A stretch of 41,945 nt of DNA. It comes from a virus. Taxonomy: Duplodnaviria; Caudoviricetes. The notes under the pieces were generated by a model. The model did no database searches, had not been told where the DNA came from, and worked only from the letters and a program-made list of their open reading frames with translations. Position 1 is the first letter of the stretch. The number at the start of each line of letters is the position of its first letter. The stretch lies in the IMG/VR virus record IMGVR_UViG_3300033067_000427, positions 1 through 41,945 of that record; one strand, written 5' to 3'. Positions 17,800-25,964 of this stretch are shown here, in pieces. A program made the position numbers and the translations under genes.

Positions 17800-18472
17800 G
17801 TGGGTACCTTTTAGCACATTAATAGGGCCATAGCTATACTGGGTACATGCGTGTATGTATGATAAGACATAATGTATGGTTATGTACCTATATGTATGTG
17901 TGATAGTAGTTAGTGTTGTATGCATCATAGGCATTTATGCTGCAATACAGGTAGAGTGCTATGCACTATATGCCTTTAAACTGAATTGAATGCCCGCACA
18001 GGCCGAAGGCCGAGCATCGCCCCCATGAATGGGCTTTAAACCGATTCTGAGGGGGCTGTGGGGCGTTTAGACACCTGGGTAGTAGGGTAGCCAGGGGTAA
18101 GGGCGTTTCACGCCTTAGACACGCTCAGATTAAGGAAAATAGGAACACAATAATTAAGACTAAGAACTATAATACCTGCGCAGTGTACCAGCAGGTTATA
18201 ACGACGAACCGATGGATATTCCTCGATGTTCGCTCTGCGGATATCGATCTTCGGATCGGTGAGTCATACGCTGGAATCTTCCTCACCGTTGGTTACAATA
18301 CAATTTCTCTGTGTTTAATCCCTATATAACTTGATCAGTAAGATTCTAGGTTAAAACGACGATATACGTATATTACCTGATATGTGTCTCCATAGCGTAT
18401 GTTTACTGTGTTCTAGCCTAGTGTTACGTTACAAAACATTACAGATTGATACGTATACACATTTCTGTTGCC

Positions 18473-18501
18473 TTGACATTACGTCATTCATATACTATAC
18501 T
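18473..18501 (+). promoter_or_regulatory. sigma70-type early promoter
   Basis: TTGACA-17 bp-TATACT. Confidence 0.75.
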
Positions 18502-18602
18502 GTATACATGGTTAAGGCATAAGCACATGCTCTTAGTCGACAGCTACGCGAGTAGCAATAGGTACAGCTGTTACTGTACGACAACAAGCGGGGAAAGTCA
18601 AT

Positions 18603-18830
18603 ATGGCAAATAAGTTAGGTATACCAGATAATGAGTATAGGGCATTGATAGGGCGTTCTATACGTAATATGGAGATTAATGTGGCTATAGGCCTAAGAGA
18701 ACAGGCTGAAGAGGGTGTTAGGAGGGCCTCAGGCACTACTAAGGGTATGTGGGGTGCAGCTATGGGCATTCTAGCGGATGCTAAGCGCCATGAGGAAGAG
18801 GTATTGGCTAAATGGAGGGGTTACAAATGA
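18603..18830 (+). CDS. Early hypothetical protein
   Basis: First ORF after the 18473 promoter; GGGGA SD. Confidence 0.6.
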   Translation: MANKLGIPDNEYRALIGRSIRNMEINVAIGLREQAEEGVRRASGTTKGMWGAAMGILADAKRHEEEVLAKWRGYK

Positions 18831-19186
18831 GTGATAATACTGATTTAGATGTAAGACAAGATGATGAAGAGCGTAAACGTAGATATCGCAATAGGGTCAA
18901 CAATTGGCGTAAAGCTAACCCTGAGAAAGCTAAAGAGCACGCTCATAGGCAATACCTCAAGCGTAAAGAGCAAGGTAAGCTTAAGAAAGTGTCCAAGGCT
19001 AAGGCAGCTGAATACGCTAGAACTAATAGGGCTAATGCTAAGGCACGTAGGGCGGAAGAGCTACAGCGTCTTAAGGATGCCATTGAGGAATACCATTATA
19101 TTCTTAGGCGTACTATGGATGAAAGGGCTATTGAGGTGGCTAGGCAAGATGCCCGTGATCACATTAATGAAAATAAATGCAAATAG
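18827..19186 (+). CDS. Basic helical early protein, possibly nucleic-acid binding
   Basis: K/R-rich, WRKANPEKAKE; ATGA overlap with the previous gene and GGAGG SD. Confidence 0.55.
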   Translation: MSDNTDLDVRQDDEERKRRYRNRVNNWRKANPEKAKEHAHRQYLKRKEQGKLKKVSKAKAAEYARTNRANAKARRAEELQRLKDAIEEYHYILRRTMDERAIEVARQDARDHINENKCK

Positions 19187-19189
19187 GGG

Positions 19190-19218
19190 TTGACAATTAC
19201 AGTAATGTGTGTTATACT
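19190..19218 (+). promoter_or_regulatory. sigma70-type early promoter
   Basis: TTGACA-17 bp-TATACT followed by GTAATCA. Confidence 0.8.
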
Positions 19219-19340
19219 GTAATCAAGAGTTGAGGAAAGGAAGCCGAGTGAGGCGATTGCAAGGGGTAGGTTGGCAAAGACGGCTCACACAACTCGAAGG
19301 TTTTAATGAGGTAACAAGGGGGATTTGAAAATGAGTAACG
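19219..19340 (+). repeat. Duplicated structured leader, copy 1
   Basis: Shares a 25-nt identical core and a hairpin with 21478..21600. Confidence 0.8.
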
Positions 19341-19621
19341 AAGTTAAAAAAGTGATTTATGAACCTTTTCGTAAAGACAGTGGAATGGTGGTACATTGCC
19401 AAAAGCTGTTAGGAGAGGCCTTTAGAAACGTTGGTTTAGATATGGAAGAGGAATGTGAGGATAAGTTTGTAAGTATGAGCACCAAAGATCCTAGGGCCAT
19501 TGAGTTTTATACTATCATAATGCAAAGAGAGCGTGTTAGGGCTAATAGGGTTTATAATGGCTTAGATTCAGATATCCGTAGTGTCCATGTCCGTATCGAA
19601 GAATACTTGAATAGGGGGTAA
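19331..19621 (+). CDS. Early hypothetical protein
   Basis: GGGGGA SD, ATG at 19331. Confidence 0.6.
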   Translation: MSNEVKKVIYEPFRKDSGMVVHCQKLLGEAFRNVGLDMEEECEDKFVSMSTKDPRAIEFYTIIMQRERVRANRVYNGLDSDIRSVHVRIEEYLNRG

Positions 19622-19626
19622 TAGGT

Positions 19627-19953
19627 ATGAGTGCGCAATATGACGAATTCAGGTCACATACATCGGTGTGTGACGAAGAGCTGATAGTGGATCAAGATCG
19701 CCTTAGGGCAGCATACCATGCGGTAGCAGATGAACTGGTTAGGCATGCACATGCAATCTATAAAGACGATGGCAAACATTTCGCTAAGCATGTGACCGAG
19801 GAAGAGAAATTGGCTGGATTAACCAAGGCGTTAGCCGAGGCAGAAAAAGTACGCAGTGGTGAGACTACAGCCAATTATGAATTCGGGTTATGGCAGATGG
19901 TGAATCTAGAATTGACAGGTCAATGTATACCATATTTCCACTGTGAGGATTGA
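19627..19953 (+). CDS. Early hypothetical protein
   Basis: 108-aa ORF in tandem with the previous gene. Confidence 0.6.
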   Translation: MSAQYDEFRSHTSVCDEELIVDQDRLRAAYHAVADELVRHAHAIYKDDGKHFAKHVTEEEKLAGLTKALAEAEKVRSGETTANYEFGLWQMVNLELTGQCIPYFHCED

Positions 19954-19965
19954 GATAAATAGGTG

Positions 19966-19994
19966 TTGACATTATCGGACACATGTGCTATAAT
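19966..19994 (+). promoter_or_regulatory. Perfect-consensus sigma70 promoter
   Basis: TTGACA-17 bp-TATAAT with extended TG, followed by GTAATCA. Confidence 0.85.
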
Positions 19995-20133
19995 GTAATC
20001 AACAGTTGGGGAATGGAGGTTAAGTAATTAGGAAAGCCCCGGGTGGGGTCGGCTAGATAGGTCATACAGCACCTGAACCGAACACCACCAAAAGAGGGCT
20101 CTCTTAAATGCTTATTAACGGGGGGAATGTAAG

Positions 20134-20346
20134 ATGAAGACAAATCGCAAACATTATAGTGACAGCCAGCTAGGCAAAGTAAGACATGATAGTGGTATAG
20201 CTTTCATGAGGGCAAAGTTAACAGCTGAGGAGAAAGAGGCTAAAAGAGTCGAAGATGCTCAATTTAGCAGGGATAATCGTCGAGTATTAACTGGTCTGTT
20301 TATCCTAGTTTCAGTGGTTACGATAGTTAGTTGGGTAATAGGATAA
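20134..20346 (+). CDS. Small protein with C-terminal TM helix
   Basis: VLTGLFILVSVVTIVSWVIG; G-rich SD. Confidence 0.6.
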   Translation: MKTNRKHYSDSQLGKVRHDSGIAFMRAKLTAEEKEAKRVEDAQFSRDNRRVLTGLFILVSVVTIVSWVIG

Positions 20347-20441
20347 GGGGGATATATGACAATCATTACATTTATAGCGTTCAATATGTTGTTTCCAGTG
20401 GTGCTGGGGTATTACATCAATGAAATAAAGGAGCTGTACCA

Positions 20442-20681
20442 ATGGCTGACCAACGAGGAATAGAGCAGGAACTAGACAGCTTACACATGGATCTCATGCG
20501 TCTAGCGTACCATGTACGCATAGTCCAGACGCAGCTAGATACAGCTAAGGATGTCTTGGATACAGCTAAGGTGTCATATGCTGCCATACTGAATCACGTA
20601 CTTGGCACGGATGTGCCAGTGGACAGACCTAAAGCAGTAGCGTCAAATACTAAGCCCATGCGGCAAGGGGATGTGTATTAG
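20442..20681 (+). CDS. Small coiled-coil hypothetical protein
   Basis: AAGGAG SD; LDTAK tandem repeat. Confidence 0.55.
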   Translation: MADQRGIEQELDSLHMDLMRLAYHVRIVQTQLDTAKDVLDTAKVSYAAILNHVLGTDVPVDRPKAVASNTKPMRQGDVY

Positions 20682-21240
20682 TATGCTAGATCAAAGTGTC
20701 AAATATTACCACAACTACCTCGCCAAAGTCGCCCGACAAATGGGCGGGGGATTTAGACGTGAGGATTTGATACAGGCTGGCTGGGTGGGTCTGCTGGAAG
20801 CTAAGGCCAGATACAAGCCTGAGTATGGTGTGCCACTCACAGCCTATGCAGCCAAAGATATACGTGGTAGGATGTTAGAGACCATCGCTAAGGTGTCAGG
20901 GGCCGTATCAGTGCCCGTCAAAGTGTACCGTACCAATGACACAGCTAGGACCAACAGCAGGGCTGTACCACTCATAGACGAGGTACATTGGGCCCATAGA
21001 CCAGGCACAGCCAATCCGCTGTTTGAAATCATGGAGCAGGATGAAGAGTTGTCCCAAAGACTCAAATTGCGTAGTATGTTGTCCCAATTAGAGTATCGGG
21101 ACAGAAAGATCATATCCGATAGATGGCTAGGTGAAGAGACTAAGACACTAGAAACCTTAGGCTATGAACTAGGTGTGTCAGCAGAGCGTGTGAGACAGTT
21201 AGAATTACGTGTGCTCGGTAATATGAGGGAGACTGTATGA
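20671..21240 (+). CDS. Phage sigma70-family sigma factor, RpoH (sigma32)-like
   Basis: Region 2 EDLIQAGWVGLLEAKARYKPEYGVPLTAYA; region 4 L..RDR.II..RWL.E..KTL..LG.ELGVSAERVRQLE, where GVSAERVRQLE matches enterobacterial RpoH. Confidence 0.85.
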   Translation: MCISMLDQSVKYYHNYLAKVARQMGGGFRREDLIQAGWVGLLEAKARYKPEYGVPLTAYAAKDIRGRMLETIAKVSGAVSVPVKVYRTNDTARTNSRAVPLIDEVHWAHRPGTANPLFEIMEQDEELSQRLKLRSMLSQLEYRDRKIISDRWLGEETKTLETLGYELGVSAERVRQLELRVLGNMRETV

Positions 21241-21448
21241 GTAGTGTAATCTTAGTTATTGCCGTAATGGGCATGGCGTTGAGTTTAGTGACCATGGTAC
21301 TGCTAGCAATAGAACACGTTAGGGAATACAGGAGCTACCGAAATGAGTAGAAATAAACCTAAAGAGCGTTCAGCTAGAAAGAATGGTGAGATCTCACATG
21401 AGGTTGCAGCCCTACTAGAATCGAGGTTTCAGGAGTTGTCTGATAAGC

Positions 21449-21477
21449 TTGACATTTTGGCGGAGTTGTGCTATACT
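21449..21477 (+). promoter_or_regulatory. sigma70-type early promoter
   Basis: TTGACA-17 bp-TATACT followed by GTAATCA. Confidence 0.8.
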
Positions 21478-21600
21478 GTAATCAAGAGTGAAGGAAAGGA
21501 CAACGATTAGTACGAGTGCAAGGGGTAGGTTGGCAAAGACGCACTAAATCACTCTTAAAGGCATTATTGGTTACACAGGGGGAATTTGAAATGAGTAATG
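21478..21600 (+). repeat. Duplicated structured leader, copy 2
   Basis: See 19219..19340. Confidence 0.8.
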
Positions 21601-21830
21601 AAAGTAAACGGTCGATCCATCAACGTCTTAACGACGCATATTTCGCAGGTGCTATCACCCACGAACAAAAGGTTGCTAAGTTAAAGGCTGCTGGGATCAC
21701 AGGTGCGGAGAATATAGACTTTGACAACGACTATATGGAAATTCGCGATGCTAACATAAGTCTTGATTCGCTTGATCCTGATTTCACAGATGATGTAGAG
21801 TTCTACTCTACGGGGAGCAAAGATGAGTAA
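21591..21830 (+). CDS. Early hypothetical protein with acidic C-terminus
   Basis: GGGGGA SD, ATG at 21591 (the ORF-track start lies inside the leader). Confidence 0.6.
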   Translation: MSNESKRSIHQRLNDAYFAGAITHEQKVAKLKAAGITGAENIDFDNDYMEIRDANISLDSLDPDFTDDVEFYSTGSKDE

Positions 21831-21979
21831 TGATGAACTCGTATATGCGACCATGAATGATGTGCAGAAACTCACCGAGTCGTACATCGAACAGAATGAA
21901 GCAACAGTGAAAAAGATATTCGATAAGCTTAGAGAATTGGAGCATCGTTTATCTTATTTAGAAGTGGGGAGAAATTAAT

Positions 21980-22168
21980 ATGTGGAATCTTACAGTTGAC
22001 TTTTATCCTCATGTGCCGACCCAGATGGATGCAGTAGTTGACTTTAGCTTGCAAGTGTTGCTAACCGTACTAATATGGGTACCAACGCTAACCCTATCGG
22101 GGCTATTCTTAGCTGGGGCATATATTGTGATTGATGCGGTAGTATCAAAGATAAGGGGAAAGAAATGA
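21980..22168 (+). CDS. Small membrane protein
   Basis: Long hydrophobic stretch; GGGGAG SD. Confidence 0.55.
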   Translation: MWNLTVDFYPHVPTQMDAVVDFSLQVLLTVLIWVPTLTLSGLFLAGAYIVIDAVVSKIRGKK

Positions 22169-22314
22169 CTACATATGCAGAAATTATCTTGCAATTGGTC
22201 GGAACACTTGGTAGAATTGAAATGTTAGACAAGATCATGAATGCCAAGATGCTGGAATATCAGTTGGCGCAACGAATGGAAGCACCTAAGAACGTACAAT
22301 AGAGGACGCGACAG

Positions 22315-22521
22315 ATGAGAAGAATTGTTAGGCCAGAGATAGCTGAAGATAATGAAACGAAACTGCATAGGATTGCAGAGCTGGCCGAAAAGAAGTTCGA
22401 TATGGTGGTGAGATCTACAATCGCCGCTGAGAAACGCCTAACACTGGCATTCTGGCAGGTAGGCATAGCGTTAATAACACTAGTAATAGTGTCGGTGCAT
22501 CTAGTTATAACGGTATTTTAG
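22315..22521 (+). CDS. Small protein with C-terminal TM helix
   Basis: Hydrophobic C-terminus; GAGGA SD. Confidence 0.55.
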   Translation: MRRIVRPEIAEDNETKLHRIAELAEKKFDMVVRSTIAAEKRLTLAFWQVGIALITLVIVSVHLVITVF

Positions 22522-22529
22522 GGGGAATT

Positions 22530-22760
22530 ATGAGAACTTTGTTAATTACTTTAGCTGTAATTGTGGTGGTATTGTTTGCTGTGAAGAGTTTCGCGGCTGA
22601 CACTGTGACAACAACTGTAGGCACGTCTGTGGTATCTGAAGCACCACAAACTAATCCGTGTCCAGTGAACTATGTTCCGGTGTTCAGCCCGATCAATGGG
22701 AAGACTATGTTCTGTGCGCCTGTTCCTAAAGATTTGCGTACACCTGTAACCAAGGAGTAA
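22530..22760 (+). CDS. Small secreted protein with signal peptide
   Basis: MRTLLITLAVIVVVLFAVKSFA signal-like N-terminus; two Cys. Confidence 0.6.
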   Translation: MRTLLITLAVIVVVLFAVKSFAADTVTTTVGTSVVSEAPQTNPCPVNYVPVFSPINGKTMFCAPVPKDLRTPVTKE

Positions 22761-23705
22761 TTGCCTATGAGTATGCTTGAGTTCCTACGGGAGCATGGTG
22801 AGAAACCACGAAATAAATTTAGCAGAGATGACGCTGTCAAACTCTTCGATGATGTGTTCGGTAAGCACATTGTAGAGCCTAAGGTAGTTCCAGTAGGAAC
22901 GAACGCAGTTAATTCTCTGCTCGGATTATATACTAAGAAATATTTAAAAGTCGCGGTGATTGACAACAAAGCAGATTTCACTATCGCACTCGTAGGTAAA
23001 GGCATATGTTTCGACAGTGGTGGTATGAATATCAAGACTGGCGGATACATGAGTGAAATGAAATTCGACAAGCTCGGTGCACTTAATGTTATGGCTGTCG
23101 GTAGAGAGCTATTGAAGGTGAAGAAAGCGAAAGCTAATTTCATTATCATCGCACCATTCGCAGAGAATATGGTCAGTGAGAAGTCTCTGTGCCCTGATGA
23201 CGTTCTTGAGTACACTGTGGGTAAGAAAACTCTTCGCGTTGAGATTGAGAACACTGATGCTGAGGGTAGACTTGTACTGGCTGATGGATTGCTAGAGGCT
23301 CAAGCACGTGGTGCAGATTTAATTATTGATGTTGCTACACTCACAGGTGCAGTAGTATATGCGTTGGGTGATCTCGTCACAGGTATTCTTGGTGATCAGG
23401 AATTAGCGCAAGTGATGCTAGAGCACTTCGATAAAAAGAAAGAAAAGGCCTGGATTTTACCTATATTTAAGCAACATCGTGATGCACTTGAACATCAGAA
23501 CAAAGACGTCGCAGATGTCTTGAACTCAGCGAAAGCAGGTAAAGCCGGTGCGAGTACAGCTGCTGCATTTTTAGAAAAATTCATCCACGTCAAAGGTGTT
23601 CAATGGTTGCATTTAGATATCGCAGGCTCAGCGGATACGAAAGGTAAAGCGCGTGATGGTATTGCGAAAGTACTGCTGAGTTTTGTAAAGGAAATGGCTT
23701 CATGA
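22761..23705 (+). CDS. M17 leucyl aminopeptidase (catalytic domain, N-domain largely absent)
   Basis: LVGKGICFDSGG, MKFD, NTDAEGRLVLAD, DVATLTGA and WLHLDIAG. Confidence 0.92.
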   Translation: MPMSMLEFLREHGEKPRNKFSRDDAVKLFDDVFGKHIVEPKVVPVGTNAVNSLLGLYTKKYLKVAVIDNKADFTIALVGKGICFDSGGMNIKTGGYMSEMKFDKLGALNVMAVGRELLKVKKAKANFIIIAPFAENMVSEKSLCPDDVLEYTVGKKTLRVEIENTDAEGRLVLADGLLEAQARGADLIIDVATLTGAVVYALGDLVTGILGDQELAQVMLEHFDKKKEKAWILPIFKQHRDALEHQNKDVADVLNSAKAGKAGASTAAAFLEKFIHVKGVQWLHLDIAGSADTKGKARDGIAKVLLSFVKEMAS

Positions 23706-23983
23706 GTAGCGACTACGATACCACGAACGTCAAACGAGCGGATCCCCTCACAGTAGAACAACGTGTCGGGATTCTTGAGGAGTCAGTGAAGAGACTGCAG
23801 TGGTATGCCGCTAAGAATGGGCTTGCGTTGAAACATGATTACGACCACGCCATGTGGAAGGAGTTAAATGTGAAAAAACCGGAACGAACACCGGAAGATG
23901 TTGCAGTAACTGTTTTAGCGGGCCTATTAGTAGCGTGGGTTTTAATCGCTACGGCAGGTTATTTCTTTATTGGTGGGGGATAA
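23702..23983 (+). CDS. Hypothetical protein with C-terminal TM helix
   Basis: ATGA overlap with the peptidase gene; hydrophobic C-terminus. Confidence 0.55.
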   Translation: MSSDYDTTNVKRADPLTVEQRVGILEESVKRLQWYAAKNGLALKHDYDHAMWKELNVKKPERTPEDVAVTVLAGLLVAWVLIATAGYFFIGGG

Positions 23984-23984
23984 T

Positions 23985-24218
23985 ATGACAGATAAGAAAT
24001 TTACACCACGTGAGGCTTTGGTGCGCTTTAATAGACAACTACTCACAATGCAATCAGAATTAGCACAAGACTATGGTGAATTGCACGATGTGCTAATTAA
24101 GTATAAACGTGATAATGCCGAGCTAGGGGATGCAACTACACAGTATTTTTATTTTCTGATGCGGTATACTGAAACATATCAAAATTTTATTAAAGACCTA
24201 ATCGTGAAGGAGCAGTAG
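23985..24218 (+). CDS. Hypothetical protein
   Basis: Likely start MTDKK after a GGGGGA SD. Confidence 0.5.
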   Translation: MTDKKFTPREALVRFNRQLLTMQSELAQDYGELHDVLIKYKRDNAELGDATTQYFYFLMRYTETYQNFIKDLIVKEQ

Positions 24219-24222
24219 CACT

Positions 24223-24429
24223 ATGTTGAATATTTTACCTACTTTGTTAGCATTACGTACTAGAACAGAAATGATTCAGCAAGAATTGAATTCGCTGATT
24301 GTTCAGTTAGAACAAGAAACCAAGGAAAAAGAGGAGAGAGGTGTTTATCTGGCAGGTTCTTATCTGGGGAAATGCTGGAAGAAGAAACCTAACAGCTGGC
24401 CACCTGAAGGCGAGGGTGACACGTACTAG
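24223..24429 (+). CDS. Hypothetical coiled-coil protein
   Basis: AAGGAG SD; in tandem with neighbours. Confidence 0.5.
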   Translation: MLNILPTLLALRTRTEMIQQELNSLIVQLEQETKEKEERGVYLAGSYLGKCWKKKPNSWPPEGEGDTY

Positions 24430-24430
24430 C

Positions 24431-24459
24431 TTGACAATTCCCAATGCTTGTGCTATACT
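24431..24459 (+). promoter_or_regulatory. sigma70-type promoter
   Basis: TTGACA-17 bp-TATACT with extended TG, followed by GTAATT. Confidence 0.8.
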
Positions 24460-24493
24460 GTAATTAACAGTAGCAGAAAGGGGGAATTTAGAT

Positions 24494-24652
24494 ATGTGGT
24501 TCTTATTAGGTTTGGTTTCAGTATGGGCCTTTGGGCCGTGGGTAGGGTTTCCAGTCTTATTTGTTGCCTTTCTTATTGAGGCAGAGAAAGAACGCACTGC
24601 CCAAGCCAGGTACGAAGCTTTGATAGACGACAGAGGGGAAGAAGACGAATGA
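24494..24652 (+). CDS. Small TM protein (52 aa)
   Basis: MWFLLGLVSVWAFGPWVGFPVLFVAFLIEAE...; below the ORF-track cut-off. Confidence 0.55.
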   Translation: MWFLLGLVSVWAFGPWVGFPVLFVAFLIEAEKERTAQARYEALIDDRGEEDE

Positions 24653-24789
24653 AAATAGAAGACATATTAGACGTGGTATTCGTGGGGGGCTTGATGCTGA
24701 TCTCAGTGGTTATAGCCCTGCACATAGGCAAGGTAGTGTATGACAACAAGCACACTATCGTAATTGATGGGGGACATACGCATGAATAA
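24649..24789 (+). CDS. Small TM protein (46 aa)
   Basis: MKIEDILDVVFVGGLMLISVVIALHIG...; ATGA overlap. Confidence 0.55.
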   Translation: MKIEDILDVVFVGGLMLISVVIALHIGKVVYDNKHTIVIDGGHTHE

Positions 24790-24910
24790 ACAGTTTTGGG
24801 TAACGGTAGTGATTGTGGTCACTATCACGGCAATATACGCAGGCATACTGGCTGCAGTATTACCAATTGATACTAGAGCGGTAGCGGCCTTAACGCTGCC
24901 AGGTAAATAG
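24782..24910 (+). CDS. Small TM protein (42 aa)
   Basis: MNKQFWVTVVIVVTITAIYAGILAAVL...; GGGGGA SD. Confidence 0.55.
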   Translation: MNKQFWVTVVIVVTITAIYAGILAAVLPIDTRAVAALTLPGK

Positions 24911-24933
24911 AACAACTCGGGGGAGTATGTATC

Positions 24934-25059
24934 ATGGGTGTTTTAGAATCGTTGATTTTAGGTCTGATGGCGATGGGGTGGGTAGGTCTGACGGCAGTCT
25001 TTGCACTTGAAGTTCGTCGGCAGCAGCAAGAAGAGCGCGACTCCAGGAAGAAAAAATGA
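24934..25059 (+). CDS. Small TM protein (41 aa)
   Basis: MGVLESLILGLMAMGWVGLTAVFALEVRRQQQ...; overlaps the next start (ATGA). Confidence 0.55.
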   Translation: MGVLESLILGLMAMGWVGLTAVFALEVRRQQQEERDSRKKK

Positions 25060-25895
25060 GCCATCGTGCCTGGGTAGGCGGGCTGACAGTAATAATAGTT
25101 GCAGAGGCGCTGTTGACTGGAGTAATTCCACTAACACGCAGCGAACTATATGGTGAGTTAGCTAAGGGTTCGAGCCTTATCTATCTTATGGCTGCGTGGG
25201 CTTTCGCTAACATCTTTATCCTTGAAGCTATTCAGGCGGTGAAAGGATATGTAGTCCTTAGGGCCTCTTTGAAGGCCAGGGAAGCACGTACGCATGAGAT
25301 TTGTACACATCTCACCAATCTCACCAGTGAGGCTGAAATCGCACCAAATGCACCACAGAGGGTACAAGAGGATATTAAGCTTAGCTATATCAATAGGTAT
25401 ACCGCATGGTCAGAGTACCTTATCAGCGGTATCATCCTAGTGTACTTGATTGTGATGAACTGGGATCACACATCCTTGATCCTAGCCTCGTTAATCTACT
25501 CTGTCATTAGTATAGCCATAGCGTACTTATTCAGCCCTAGGCTGACCGAGGCTGAGAAACACGTACAGCGCACAGAGGCTGAGTTTAGGGATAGCCTGGT
25601 AACCTCTTTGACCCCCATAGGCCTAAATCCTGCCCAGGACGCCAACATTAAGGCTGGCAAGATAGGCCTACACTTTAACTTATTCACGAAGCTACAGGGC
25701 TCTGTATTGCAGATTCTGCCCTTCGTCTTGTTAACGCCAGCCTTGCTGGCCCACACCATAACCTTCCAAGAGATTATGGAACACGCTAATACATTCAGCA
25801 TTATTGTGGTCAATGCTGCCATTCTAATCAGTATCTTCCCTGTTTTGATCAGAGGCAAAGCCAGCGAAGAACGGGTAAAGGAGCTACATAAGTGA
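25056..25895 (+). CDS. SbmA/BacA-like (ABC-membrane-type) peptide transporter domain
   Basis: Multiple TM helices; NAPQRVQEDI resembles SbmA QRVQED, and QRTEAEFRDSLV resembles QRVEAAYRKELV. Confidence 0.7.
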   Translation: MSHRAWVGGLTVIIVAEALLTGVIPLTRSELYGELAKGSSLIYLMAAWAFANIFILEAIQAVKGYVVLRASLKAREARTHEICTHLTNLTSEAEIAPNAPQRVQEDIKLSYINRYTAWSEYLISGIILVYLIVMNWDHTSLILASLIYSVISIAIAYLFSPRLTEAEKHVQRTEAEFRDSLVTSLTPIGLNPAQDANIKAGKIGLHFNLFTKLQGSVLQILPFVLLTPALLAHTITFQEIMEHANTFSIIVVNAAILISIFPVLIRGKASEERVKELHK

Positions 25896-25935
25896 TCAAT
25901 TTGATATTATATTTGTCAGGAACTGCAATTTTGAC

Positions 25936-25964
25936 TTGCATTATTCTAAAAGTTATGCTATACT
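25936..25964 (+). promoter_or_regulatory. sigma70-type promoter
   Basis: TTGCAT-17 bp-TATACT with extended TG. Confidence 0.6.

Noticed and set aside
17984-18027. sigma32-type promoter (TTGAA...CCCCAT)
   Set aside because: Spacing of about 30 nt is far too long for a sigma32 promoter.
19219-21600. CRISPR-like array from the repeated 25-mer
   Set aside because: Only two copies, 2.3 kb apart, with no spacer periodicity and no cas genes.
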